Shown here piece after piece: positions 10,165 to 19,573 of a stretch of 32,625 nt of DNA. Below the pieces are notes generated by a model, which did no database searches, had not been told where the DNA came from, and saw nothing but the letters and a program-made list of their open reading frames with translations. Position 1 is the first letter of the stretch. Each line of letters begins with the position of its first letter. The stretch lies in assembly GCA_030639665.1 (NCBI GenBank), contig DAOWCC010000003.1:1-32625 (forward strand). Direction: 5' to 3'. Both the position numbers and the translations under genes were made by a program. Source of the DNA: Elusimicrobiota bacterium. GTDB lineage: Bacteria; Elusimicrobiota; Elusimicrobia; Elusimicrobiales; UBA9959.

Positions 10165-11589
10165 ATGGCTAAAGTTTTACTTACGACTCCTCCTTGGCTG
10201 CATTTTCACAGCTTGCAGGTATTGTTTCCCAATATTCCGCCTTTAAATCTTCAAATTTTGGCCGGCGTATTGCGTAATGCCGGCCATGAAGTAATGATTG
10301 CCGATATTCAGCATTTGCCGCTTTCAGATAAGAAATTACAGCGGATGATAGAATCATTTCGACCGGATATCATAGGTTTTTCAGTTTCCGAAATTGCCAC
10401 CACTCCCATTGTCGTTGAGATGGCTGCCAAATTGCGCGAGCGATATCCGAATATAAAATGGTTGGCCGGCGGACAAGCCCCCTCATTCAGTCCGGAATTG
10501 TTTTTGGGAAATAATAAGCCTTTTGACGCGGTCGCCTTATATGAAGGTGAAAACACTATCGCGAATATTGTGTCGGCGCTCGCGGCGGGTTCATTGTCCA
10601 AAGATATTCCCGGCGCCGCTTGGCTCGGAGCCGGCGGAAAAATTGAACGCTCCAAAATAGAGCGTTTAATTTGCGATTTGGATAATAGTCCTTTGCCTTA
10701 TGTGGAAGGAACTTTAAAGAGGGCTTATTATTCGGATGGATTTTGCGGAGCCATTGAGACGGCGCGAGGCTGTCCTTTTAAATGTAATTTTTGTCCCGTG
10801 CCGAATTTTTACGGCAATCCCACCAGATATAAATCCGCTAAGCGCATTTTGGAAGAAATAAGGCAATTAAAAGCGAAAGGCGCCACTGAAATAGCTTTCA
10901 ATGATGACTCTTTCGGGACGAGGTTGCAGATTGCTCGAGAAGTTTTTGAAACAATGATTCGCGAGAATATGAAACTTCGTTTCGGACTTCAAATTCGCGC
11001 CGATATCATCGCGGCCAATCCCGACCTTATTGAGCTGGGGGCCAAGGCCGGTCTGGGTTTGGCTGTAGTCGGTTTTGAGGGTTATACCTTGGCCGTGCAA
11101 GCTAAAGCGGATAAAGGCAATTCCGCCGAAATTAATTATGCCGCTTCGCGGATTTTGCGCCGCAATGGAATTTTTGTTTACGGAACACATATATTCGGCG
11201 GTCCCGGCACCTCTTGGCGCGACAATTTTATTACTTTTTTAAAAGGAAGATTCAATTCCGATATTTTTAGGATGACGATTTTTACTCCCGTGCCCGGCTC
11301 GCCTATTTATAATGAACTTTCCAGCGCGAATTATATTGATGTTAGCAATCCAGGCGATTTTTATGAAGGTAAATATCTTATTCCCAATTCTTTTAATCCT
11401 TTTTTGGTGGAGTTTATGTATTTCGGTTTATTGGCTTTGCATTATGCTTTGCCCGACACTTTGTTTAAGGCGCTGTTTCATTCCAATTTGGATTACCGCG
11501 TTTTTCATCGGCGGGCGTATAAAGCGGCGTTTCTATTTGTTATCGGACAAATCGCTTCGCGGTTCAGAAAAAAAAGGTATGAAATATGA
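10165..11589 (+). CDS. Cobalamin-binding radical SAM protein (paralog D)
   Basis: PPLNLQILAG, GGQAPS, YEGE, DLDNSPLP, ETARGCPFKCNFC, NDDSF, VGFEG, TPVPGS. Confidence 0.9.
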   Translation: MAKVLLTTPPWLHFHSLQVLFPNIPPLNLQILAGVLRNAGHEVMIADIQHLPLSDKKLQRMIESFRPDIIGFSVSEIATTPIVVEMAAKLRERYPNIKWLAGGQAPSFSPELFLGNNKPFDAVALYEGENTIANIVSALAAGSLSKDIPGAAWLGAGGKIERSKIERLICDLDNSPLPYVEGTLKRAYYSDGFCGAIETARGCPFKCNFCPVPNFYGNPTRYKSAKRILEEIRQLKAKGATEIAFNDDSFGTRLQIAREVFETMIRENMKLRFGLQIRADIIAANPDLIELGAKAGLGLAVVGFEGYTLAVQAKADKGNSAEINYAASRILRRNGIFVYGTHIFGGPGTSWRDNFITFLKGRFNSDIFRMTIFTPVPGSPIYNELSSANYIDVSNPGDFYEGKYLIPNSFNPFLVEFMYFGLLALHYALPDTLFKALFHSNLDYRVFHRRAYKAAFLFVIGQIASRFRKKRYEI

Positions 11590-13034
11590 CCAGACGGCCG
11601 AAAATTTTATTTGTGAAAAGTCGGAGCATGACTTCAAAGATAAAGGGAACATATGTTTCATTGGGCATTCTTTATATAGCGACATACTTGCGTAAAACTC
11701 TTTCGGCGACAGTGCGCATTATTAACACTATGTGGGATGACGATAATCCTCTAAAAACGGTACTCGACGGAACGCGGGAATTTAAGCCCGACGCGCTTGG
11801 AATCAGCGCTCTTACAGCGGAAGCCTTTTTGGCTCATAAAATAGCGGCCGCCGTAAAAAGCGAAAACCCCGATTTGCCCGTTATAATGGGCGGTCCTTAT
11901 CCTTCTTCGGACCCCGAAAGAGCTCTTAGCGATTTAAATGTGGATATTGTCATTATCGGTGAAGGCGAGGAAACATTCAAAGAACTTGCCGGCGTTATTA
12001 TGAAAGAAGGTCCGCGTTGGAAGGAAGCGAATATATTAAATTCCATTGCCGGTATAGCGTTTCGCGATGGTGAAAATACGCGTATTACGGCTGTCCGTCC
12101 GCCGATAAAAGATCTCGATTCTTTGCCCTTTCCCGATTGGGACCTTATAGATTATCATCGTTTTTGGAAACTCGGCAAATGCGGCATGGCGACCATTGGC
12201 CACAGTTATTATCTGCCGATTTATACTTCCAGAGGCTGTCCTTATAATTGTATTTATTGCCATCAGATTTTCGGTAAAAAATTTAGAGCCCGTTCTCCCG
12301 AGAATGTGGTGGACGAAATAGCTCAAATTATGCGCCGCGGGGTAAATCACATCGAGGTTTTGGACGATATATCCAATTTTGATCAAAAGCGTTTTAATCG
12401 CATACTGGAAATAATGCTGGAGCGAAATCTTCATCCCATGATGAGTTTTCCGAACGGCATTCGCGCCGACCTAATGACCGAAGACTCCATTGATTTGCTT
12501 AAAAAAGTGGGCACGGGGGAGATATCCATAGCTGTTGAAACCGCTTCCAATCGTTTGCAAAAACTATTGGATAAAAATCTTTCTCTTGAAAGAACATGGA
12601 ATACCATAGAAATGTTCGCGAAGCGAAAAATATTCACTCGCGGTTTTTTTATGCTTGGTTTTCCCACCGAAACGGAAGAAGAAATTCGTTCAACTATACG
12701 ATACGCTCATAAATCCAATCTGCATCTCGCTTTGTTTTTTACGCCCAATCCTTTTAAAAACACCAAGCTTTACGATATGTTTACAGATGCCGGAAAAATG
12801 CCGTCCGATACGCGCACCATAGATTTTGAATATTTCGGCTCGCCTTTCAATGGCAGTGAAGTATCGGAAAAGACTTATAAGAGGCTCTACTATTGGGCTT
12901 ATGCTGGATTTCACTTTCATCCGCGCCGCATGTTTCGCATACTTCGCGACAGGCCTTGCAAGGCTGATATTCCGGCGCGAGCTCTGGGATTATTCAGTAA
13001 TTTAGTTTCATTTCGCCGTCTTAAGGAAAATTGA
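11586..13034 (+). CDS. Cobalamin-binding radical SAM protein (paralog A', close duplicate of 5618-7051)
   Basis: SLGILYIATYL, GISALTAEAFLAHKIA (shared with A), GGPYPS, GEGE, TSRGCPYNCIYC, and the same C-terminus VSFRRLKEN. Confidence 0.9.
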   Translation: MTRRPKILFVKSRSMTSKIKGTYVSLGILYIATYLRKTLSATVRIINTMWDDDNPLKTVLDGTREFKPDALGISALTAEAFLAHKIAAAVKSENPDLPVIMGGPYPSSDPERALSDLNVDIVIIGEGEETFKELAGVIMKEGPRWKEANILNSIAGIAFRDGENTRITAVRPPIKDLDSLPFPDWDLIDYHRFWKLGKCGMATIGHSYYLPIYTSRGCPYNCIYCHQIFGKKFRARSPENVVDEIAQIMRRGVNHIEVLDDISNFDQKRFNRILEIMLERNLHPMMSFPNGIRADLMTEDSIDLLKKVGTGEISIAVETASNRLQKLLDKNLSLERTWNTIEMFAKRKIFTRGFFMLGFPTETEEEIRSTIRYAHKSNLHLALFFTPNPFKNTKLYDMFTDAGKMPSDTRTIDFEYFGSPFNGSEVSEKTYKRLYYWAYAGFHFHPRRMFRILRDRPCKADIPARALGLFSNLVSFRRLKEN

Positions 13035-13035
13035 T

Positions 13036-14469
13036 ATGCCTAAAATTCTGATGTTGCAGCCTGTTAGAATCCATAAACGCTGGCCCGTGCCCGAAGACTT
13101 TACGGGACTTCTCGGCGCTTCGCCGACTCTCGCTTTCGCGCAATTGCGCGCTAAGCTTAAAAATTACGAAGCGGACTATATGGACGGTTTGGCCAGAGAA
13201 TATTCGCTCGCGGAGCTTACTCGGCGCGCGAAAGCGGTTGATGCCGTTCTTATAAACGCCCATTCCAGTGTGGGCGCTCTTAACGCGGAAGCGAATGTCA
13301 GGCATATTTTAGACAATTGTCCCGGCGTTCCGATAATTATGGGAGGCCATCACGCTACGGTTTATGATTTTCAATGGCTTGGGCGCGGAGCGCATTTTGT
13401 CGTGCGCAATGAAGGTGAAGAAACCATCGTTGAATTGCTTGAGGCTATTTTTAAAGGCGGTTCTTATGATGAGATAAAGGGAATTTCATGGCAGGGTCCC
13501 GGCAATGAATTCCACCGTAATCCGCCCAGATCCTTGATTAAGAATTTAGATGATTTGCCCATTCCCGATTGGGGCATCTACGACAAAAAACTTTATCACT
13601 TGCCTTTGCCCATTAAGGGTTATTCAACTACGGCGGAAACTTCCCGAGGCTGTCCTTATCATTGCAGTTTTTGCGCAGCGAGCGAGATGTGGATGCATAA
13701 GCAGAGGTTTAAAAGTCCAGAGAGAGTTTTGGAAGAATTGCGAATTTTAGGCAAGCTGGGTTTTACAAAAATCTGGTTTGCCGATGATAATTTCGGGCAG
13801 GATCCCGAGCGCTATGCCCAAATATACGAGGGCATTCTTAGGGAAAATATGAAGTTCAATTTTGTGGTTTTCATTCGTTCCGATAATATCGTGAAATCGC
13901 CAGAAGTCATGAGGCTTGCTCATCGCGCGGGCATGCGCGTGGCGCTCGTCGGCATTGAAAGCGCCGTGGACCGCCTTCTTACGGATTGTTCCAAGGTCAG
14001 TGAGGCCGAGACCAGCCGGAAAGCGGTTGAGATTTTGCGTGAAATAGGTATTTTCATCGGAGGTTTCCTTATGGTAGGCTACCTCGATGAGAAACAGGAT
14101 GAAACAGACACCACCTTTCGCGCGGCAAATGAGATGACGGATTATCCCATTATATCCATATTCGAACCGCGATTCGGAACAAAAGATTTTGTTCGCGCCA
14201 AAGCCAAATTGGATACGCCGGGCGGCGATATGTTCTATCATAATACCGAACATTTTATTCCGAGTATGGTTCATGTTTTGCCGCAATATAGAGATTTTTA
14301 TAGGCGTTATTTAACTCATCCCAAACAAATAAATAAGCTTTTATTCGGCACTCCGACGCAAAAAAAGTGTTACCGCACTTTGTATATGAATCTGGCAAAA
14401 TCAGTCCTGCGCGTTACTCCCGCCATGCTGGCCAATCCATGGGAAATGACACGGGATATATACAAATAG
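13036..14469 (+). CDS. Cobalamin-binding radical SAM protein (paralog B')
   Basis: KRWP N-terminal motif as in B, GGHHAT, NEGE, NLDDLPIPDW, ETSRGCPYHCSFC, ADDNFG, VGIES, MFYHN. Confidence 0.9.
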   Translation: MPKILMLQPVRIHKRWPVPEDFTGLLGASPTLAFAQLRAKLKNYEADYMDGLAREYSLAELTRRAKAVDAVLINAHSSVGALNAEANVRHILDNCPGVPIIMGGHHATVYDFQWLGRGAHFVVRNEGEETIVELLEAIFKGGSYDEIKGISWQGPGNEFHRNPPRSLIKNLDDLPIPDWGIYDKKLYHLPLPIKGYSTTAETSRGCPYHCSFCAASEMWMHKQRFKSPERVLEELRILGKLGFTKIWFADDNFGQDPERYAQIYEGILRENMKFNFVVFIRSDNIVKSPEVMRLAHRAGMRVALVGIESAVDRLLTDCSKVSEAETSRKAVEILREIGIFIGGFLMVGYLDEKQDETDTTFRAANEMTDYPIISIFEPRFGTKDFVRAKAKLDTPGGDMFYHNTEHFIPSMVHVLPQYRDFYRRYLTHPKQINKLLFGTPTQKKCYRTLYMNLAKSVLRVTPAMLANPWEMTRDIYK

Positions 14470-14529
14470 GTTTCATGATAGTGATGTTTGTTATAAAAAA
14501 ACGATTAACATTTAATGCTATTCTAAAAA

Positions 14530-15843
14530 ATGACAGCTAAGAAAAAATTATCTGAAAAAGTTCTGATTTTGGGCGCCGGTTTAACGGGGCTTAGCGCGGC
14601 TTATAAATTAAAAACGCTCGGCTTTAAAAATGTTTTAGTTTTAGAAAAAGAAAAAAGACCGGGGGGGCTGTTAAAAACCGATAGGAAAGAGGGAGGCGCT
14701 ATAGACCAATTGCCTCATGTTTTTTTCAGCAAGGATAAAACAGTTAAAAGTTTTTTTCTTAAAATGGTCGGAAAAGTTTACAGGCATTCTCATAAACTGG
14801 GGGTTTTGTGGAAAAACGGCTATATTGATTATCCTTTTCAAAACAATATACATCAACTGGAAATAGAGGAAAGAAAAAAAATTCTGAAAGGATTGTTTGA
14901 AAGAAAGCCGCTTAAAAATTTAAAAGCCGGAAATTTTGAAGATTTCGCCGTAAAAACTTTTGGGAACGAATTAACGGAACTGTTTTTCCGGCCCTATAAT
15001 GAAAAGCTTTGGCTGACGCCGCTGAAAAAAATGGATTATAAATGGCTCGCGTCAAAAATAAAAATGCAGGAACCCTCTGAACTTGTTGAAAGCGTTTTGG
15101 GCGCTGAAAATAAAAAAGATAAAGCCGTGGCGCCTCATGCTGAGTTTATTTATCCAAAGAAAGGCGGCATTCAAACGCTTATTGACGGCTTGATTGCCGA
15201 AGTGGGCGCGGATAAAATCAAGCTTGATATTAATATAACCAGGATAGACTCCAAGAAAAAAACGGTTTTCGCGGGAAAAGAAATTTTTCATTACGATAAA
15301 ATCATTTCCACTTTACCTTTAAATGAAGCGGTTAAACTGTCAGGCATGAAAAAGAATGGAAGCGCTTTAAAACGCTTGAAAGCGACAAAGGTTTTTTGCG
15401 TTCAATATGTTCTTAAAAAAATCAATCTTCCCCGGTATCATTGGATATATGTTCCAGGCAAGAAGTTTCCCTTTTATCGCTTAACCAGAGAGGAATTGAT
15501 AAATCCCAAAGCGTTTAAAAATAAAAAAGTTTTGCTGGTTGAATGCGCCATGGGTAAATCCGATTTTCCAAATGAAAAAACTTTTATTAAGGAAATTACT
15601 TCCCATCTCGAAAAGTTAAATATTTTAAAGAGAAAAGACATAGAGCGGATGTGGCATTCCGATCATTTTCCTGCCTATCCCGTTCCGCATTTGAAAGGAG
15701 AGAAGGATATTTCTTTTTGTTTGAATGAGCTTTTAAAAAGGGGAATAATTTCCGCGGGCCGATCGGGAGAATGGTTTATAAAAAATATGGACCATAGCAT
15801 TTTGGCGGGCTTTAAGGCCGCGGGGGAAATTTTAAAAAGATGA
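14530..15843 (+). CDS. FAD-dependent oxidoreductase, UDP-galactopyranose mutase-like / protoporphyrinogen oxidase superfamily
   Basis: Rossmann motif ILGAGLTGLSAA...LEKE..PGGL, plus PHVFF, YPFQNN, FFRPYNEKLW, FIYPKKGG, AYPV and GRSGEW...NMDHS, which resemble the UGM-like flavoproteins of glycan clusters. Confidence 0.75.
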   Translation: MTAKKKLSEKVLILGAGLTGLSAAYKLKTLGFKNVLVLEKEKRPGGLLKTDRKEGGAIDQLPHVFFSKDKTVKSFFLKMVGKVYRHSHKLGVLWKNGYIDYPFQNNIHQLEIEERKKILKGLFERKPLKNLKAGNFEDFAVKTFGNELTELFFRPYNEKLWLTPLKKMDYKWLASKIKMQEPSELVESVLGAENKKDKAVAPHAEFIYPKKGGIQTLIDGLIAEVGADKIKLDINITRIDSKKKTVFAGKEIFHYDKIISTLPLNEAVKLSGMKKNGSALKRLKATKVFCVQYVLKKINLPRYHWIYVPGKKFPFYRLTREELINPKAFKNKKVLLVECAMGKSDFPNEKTFIKEITSHLEKLNILKRKDIERMWHSDHFPAYPVPHLKGEKDISFCLNELLKRGIISAGRSGEWFIKNMDHSILAGFKAAGEILKR

Positions 15844-16787
15844 TTCCGGCGGTGATACTTACGGCGGGGGAAGGTAAACGCCTTGGAAAGATGTCAAAGA
15901 ACTTTTCCAAGAGTTTGCTGACGGTGGGCGATTCCACTTTACTGGCGGGGCATTTAAATAATTTTCTTGAAATCGGAATTAATGAATTTATTATCGTGGC
16001 GGATCCTTTGTCCGAGGATATAGAAAAAGAGGCCCAAAAAGTTCTCAAAAACCGGAAGGCTTCTTTTCGCGTTGTTCATCAGAAAAAAAGATTAGGCATA
16101 GGCCACGCGGCTTTGCTTGCCGAAAAATATATCGGCGAGGGAGAATTTATTCTTGTCTTGGGAGATACTTTTTATTCGCCCGGGGATATTTTAGCCGCCA
16201 TTAAGGAGATAACTTCCGGCTCCGTCGATGCCGTTTTATCGGTGAGAAAAGTTTCCGATGACAAAGAAATACTTAAAGAATGCACCGTTAAGCTTGATGA
16301 AAACAATGTTGTTGAAAAAATAGTTGAAAAGCCCGAGCGGGCCTTGAGCATGATGAAGCCTTGCGGAGTTTATTTTTTTAATCATAAGTTTTTTAAACAT
16401 TTGAAAAAAACTTCGGCATCTTCTTTAAGGGGTGAAATAGAGCTGACTGACGCCATAGATAATTTTGTTCGGGAAGGCGGAATGGTTGTGGCCAGAAATA
16501 CTTTGAAGTTTGATGTTAATATAAATTATCCAAGGGATATATTGGCCGCCAATTTAGCCTGGCTCGCCCAAAAAAAAATAAAATGTTTTTCTCACGCGAG
16601 CGCCGTTATAGGCGAAGACGTTTCGCTTTCTGAAAGCGTTGTGGGCCAAAACAGCCGGATTGGAAAGTTTTCCAAGCTGAGGCGGGTTGTGGTTTTTCCC
16701 GGCAGTGAAGTTTCTCCCAATTCAAATTTGGAAAATATTATTGTTCTGCCGGATATGAAAATTCCGGTTTTGCCGGATGAAAATTAA
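15840..16787 (+). CDS. Sugar-phosphate nucleotidyltransferase (RmlA/GlmU-like NTP transferase with a short C-terminal hexapeptide beta-helix)
   Basis: VILTAGEGKRLG, Q..RLGIGHA, LVLGD, IVEKP, SLRGEIELTDAI, and C-terminal AVIGEDVSLSESVVGQNSRIG repeats. Confidence 0.85.
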   Translation: MIPAVILTAGEGKRLGKMSKNFSKSLLTVGDSTLLAGHLNNFLEIGINEFIIVADPLSEDIEKEAQKVLKNRKASFRVVHQKKRLGIGHAALLAEKYIGEGEFILVLGDTFYSPGDILAAIKEITSGSVDAVLSVRKVSDDKEILKECTVKLDENNVVEKIVEKPERALSMMKPCGVYFFNHKFFKHLKKTSASSLRGEIELTDAIDNFVREGGMVVARNTLKFDVNINYPRDILAANLAWLAQKKIKCFSHASAVIGEDVSLSESVVGQNSRIGKFSKLRRVVVFPGSEVSPNSNLENIIVLPDMKIPVLPDEN

Positions 16788-18243
16788 GATGAAAAAAAAT
16801 ATACTTCTTTTCCAGCCTCGAATCGGCGATATGGATATGTTCCGGGATAAGCCGACGCCTCCCATGGGATTATTATGCGCCTGCTCTCTGGCGAGCCAAA
16901 AATTTGAAATAAGGCTTCTGGACCAGAGGATAAATAGAGATTGGAAAAAAGTTTTAAAAACTCTCATAGATGATAATACGATAGCTATTGGAATCAGCAT
17001 TATGACCGGCGGGATGATTAGCCACGCCCTCAAAGCGGCTTCTGAAATAAGGCGTCTTACAAAAGCTCCGCTTATCTGGGGTGGGGTGCATCCGTCTCTT
17101 TTGCCGGAGCAAACCGTTTTAAACAAATTCGTGGATTATGTGATTGCCGGAGAGGGAGAAGAAGCCTTTGCCAAACTTGTGGAAAAAATTTCCATAAATG
17201 AAAATGCCGATAATATTCCCGGAGTTTGGACCAAGTCAAACGCGCGGATAAAAGAACGCCCTGAGAAACCTTTGCTTGATATGAATAATCTTCCGGGCGT
17301 TCCTCATCATTTGGTGGATATGGAAAAATATGTTCAGACATACCGCGGAAAACGAATGTTTTTTTATCAAGCGAGCAGAGGTTGTCCGTGCCGGTGCTCC
17401 TATTGTTATAACAAGGTGTTTAATTTGGGGCTTTTGCGTTCGGCCGATATTGAAAAAGTTTTGCGGGATTTAAAACAATTGAAGGATAAATACGAGTTTT
17501 CTCTGGTGTATTTTTTGGATGACAATTTTCTTATAGACAAAAAGCGGGCTTTAACTATTTTAAGGGGACTTAAAGAGCTGGGTTTGGGGAGCGTTCTTCA
17601 AGGGGTGGATATAGAGAGTTTGAATCGTTTGTCGGATGAAGAATTGGATTTTTTGGAGGCTTCGGGAGTTGAAAGAATCGCGATAGGGGTTGAATCCGGC
17701 TCAAACAGAATCAGAAATAATATTTTGAAAAAAGAAGGAAGCGTGGAGCTGGCGAGGCGCCAGCTGATTCGTTTTAAAAACAGAAAAATTATCGTTTTAT
17801 TTTCTTTGATGATAGGCTTGCCTTCTGAAACCGCCGATGAAATAAAAGAAACTGTTAAATTCGGCTTGGATATTTTAAAAATGGGGCCTAATTTCAGGAT
17901 ACCTCAGTTTTATATATTTTCTCCCTATCCCGGAACGCTTTTGTTTGAGGAGTTGAAACGCGAAGGCGTAAGTTTTCCGTCAAAGCTTGAGGCTTGGGGA
18001 AAATATGAATGGGATTATTCGCATATGCATGAAAAAAATCCCGGCATTAAGGATTTTTTGGAGAGAGTGGGTTTTTTAAGCAAGTTTTTGGATTCGAAAT
18101 TCGGTGATTATGGTTCCGGTAAAATTCTGAAAATTATCTATGATTTTTATCGTCCCATAGCTTGGTTTAGATTGAGCCGCGGTTTAATGAAGCCTTTGCC
18201 TGAGAAGTTTTTTTACAGCCTATTAAAAAAAATATTCGCCTAA
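16777..18243 (+). CDS. Cobalamin-binding radical SAM protein (paralog E)
   Basis: PPMGLL, WGGVHPS, GEGEE, QASRGCPCRCSYCYN, LDDNF, IGVESGS, MIGLPSET, FSPYPGT. Start at 16777 or 16789. Confidence 0.9.
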   Translation: MKIKMKKNILLFQPRIGDMDMFRDKPTPPMGLLCACSLASQKFEIRLLDQRINRDWKKVLKTLIDDNTIAIGISIMTGGMISHALKAASEIRRLTKAPLIWGGVHPSLLPEQTVLNKFVDYVIAGEGEEAFAKLVEKISINENADNIPGVWTKSNARIKERPEKPLLDMNNLPGVPHHLVDMEKYVQTYRGKRMFFYQASRGCPCRCSYCYNKVFNLGLLRSADIEKVLRDLKQLKDKYEFSLVYFLDDNFLIDKKRALTILRGLKELGLGSVLQGVDIESLNRLSDEELDFLEASGVERIAIGVESGSNRIRNNILKKEGSVELARRQLIRFKNRKIIVLFSLMIGLPSETADEIKETVKFGLDILKMGPNFRIPQFYIFSPYPGTLLFEELKREGVSFPSKLEAWGKYEWDYSHMHEKNPGIKDFLERVGFLSKFLDSKFGDYGSGKILKIIYDFYRPIAWFRLSRGLMKPLPEKFFYSLLKKIFA

Positions 18244-18424
18244 AATTATGTATAGGAATTTCAAGGTTTAGCCACAAAAAGCGCAAAAAGCGCAAAACAA
18301 ATCTCCCCCGGCCCCTCTTTGACAAAGAGGGGAGAAAGAATAAAAGTTCTTCCCCCTTTTGCAAAGGGGGCTAGGGGGATTTTGGCAGGATAAAGAAAAG
18401 TTTAGACCGAAGGTCGGCTAACTT
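18240..18424. mobile_element. Putative non-autonomous element, copy 1, carrying a double G/C-rich hairpin (REP-like)
   Basis: Left end CTAA-AATTAT-GTATAGGAATTTCAA. Hairpins CCCCTCTTTG-A-CAAAGAGGGG (18312-18332) and CCCCCTTT-TGC-AAAGGGGG (18352-18370). Right end GACC-GAA-GGTC-GG-CTAA. Confidence 0.5.
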
Positions 18425-18792
18425 GTCGTATAGGAATTTCAAAGCTATGCTGGGTGCCGTTTTAAAGAGCTATGCTCCTCAGACGGCCAAAGTAGGCGCA
18501 AAAGGAAGGGACACATATACGAATTAAACGCAGAGTTCACAGAGAACATAAAAGCGCAGAGAACGCGAAGGAAGAATAAAAAATAGGAAAAATCTGTAAA
18601 AATCCGCGTCTGTTCGCCACAGTATATTGGCGGGGCAAAAGTTGTTTGGTCGTCCGCATAGCTACCGACACCTTATGAAGCATAGCTTCGTTAATTGTAG
18701 TTTGGGTTTGAGTTTTTAACTCTGCGGACTCTCTGTAAAAAGCTCTGCGTTCTCTGCGTTAAAAAAAGTCGCTACCAAAGGCAGCCTAATTA
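18418..18792. mobile_element. Putative non-autonomous element, copy 2 (tandem with copy 1)
   Basis: Left end CTAA-CTTGTC-GTATAGGAATTTCAA. Imperfect long inverted repeat AACGCAGAG... (18527-18567) / ...CTCTGCGTT (18720-18760). 45-nt core at 18648-18692. Right end GCTACC-AAA-GGCAGC-CTAATT. Confidence 0.55.
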
Positions 18793-19542
18793 TTAGGGCT
18801 GTTGAAAGAAATATTTTTTCCTAAAATATTTAAAAATCGTTTTTAATATTTCAAATAAATACGGCAACGGAGATAGGCTGGAAAATTGGGTTCCGTAATG
18901 AGCTGTTATGGGCAACTGCGCTACGCGAAGTTTTAGTTTTCCCGCGCAAAGCAGCATTTCGCCGTCAAAATGAAATTTATCCGTAAGGGTTTCAAATTTT
19001 ATGGCCCGCAAAGCTTTTAAAGAATATGCCATATATCCCGAATGGTATTCGGCGAAATTTAAATTAAAGATTTTATTTTCAATGAAGGTTATAAGGCGGC
19101 TTGCGAAATATCGGAGTTTGGGCATGCCCTCGCTTAAGGCTTTTCCTGAAATAAGTTTGGAGCCCATTGAAACATCCGCTTTTCCCGTCATCAGAGGCTT
19201 GATTATCCGCGCCATTTCTTCGGGGGCGTATTGTCCGTCGGCATGAAGCAAAACAGAGAATTTACAGCCTGATGAAAGAGACTCTTTTAAGCCGGTTTTC
19301 TGGGCGGCTCCATAGCCTTTATTGGATTTGTGATTGAGCACGATAAAATTTAATTGTAGCTCTTTCCCGGCTTTTTCGGCTTCAATTGAGGTGTTGTCAC
19401 TGCTTCCGTCGTTTATTATTACTATAATTGATGGAGGCAATTCCTTTAAGTGACGATTAAGCCTTGAAAGAGTTTGAAAAATGGTCTTTTCCGCGTTAAA
19501 GGCGGGAATGATTATGGCAAGTTGGGGTTCATTTGAAAACAT
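18793..19542 (-). CDS. Glycosyltransferase family 2 (DPM1/polyprenyl-phosphate glycosyltransferase-like)
   Basis: IIIPAFNAE, INDGSSDNT, NKGYGAAQKTG, LHADGQY, EYHSGYMAYS, FHFDGEML. Probable start ATG at 19542; the longer track start overlaps the divergent gene. Confidence 0.85.
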   Translation of the reverse strand: MFSNEPQLAIIIPAFNAEKTIFQTLSRLNRHLKELPPSIIVIINDGSSDNTSIEAEKAGKELQLNFIVLNHKSNKGYGAAQKTGLKESLSSGCKFSVLLHADGQYAPEEMARIIKPLMTGKADVSMGSKLISGKALSEGMPKLRYFASRLITFIENKIFNLNFAEYHSGYMAYSLKALRAIKFETLTDKFHFDGEMLLCAGKLKLRVAQLPITAHYGTQFSSLSPLPYLFEILKTIFKYFRKKYFFQQP

Positions 19543-19573
19543 GGGATTTGAGTTTAACTGAAATATCAAAAAT

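Noticed and set aside
1013-15843. Canonical heme or bacteriochlorophyll pathway (hemN, hemY, bchE)
   Set aside because: No other hem or bch genes are present, the flavoprotein motifs fit UGM-like glycan enzymes better, and the HemN-like protein is an atypical fusion. Gene symbols were withheld.
18167-18364. 65-aa minus-strand ORF
   Set aside because: It is a translation of palindromic repeat DNA and overlaps the rSAM 3' end.
18250-18442. GTATAGGAATTTC matches 12/13 nt of the yeast FRT arm
   Set aside because: There is no inverted partner arm at 8-bp spacing and no vector context, so this is treated as coincidence. The motif is reported as an element end instead.
18582-18625. Cobalamin riboswitch-like string (AATAGGAAA..CTGTAAAAATCCG..TTCGCCACAGTA) near the B12-rSAM genes
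   Set aside because: The GGGAA and CGGTG cores are mismatched, the stem would not pair and there is no downstream B12 box. It lies between convergent 3' ends and is explained by overlapping repeat units.
18244-18792. CRISPR array or integron attC array
   Set aside because: Only two short direct repeats 178 bp apart, no regular spacers and no cas or intI gene. The ends do not fit RYYYAAC/GTTRRRY.
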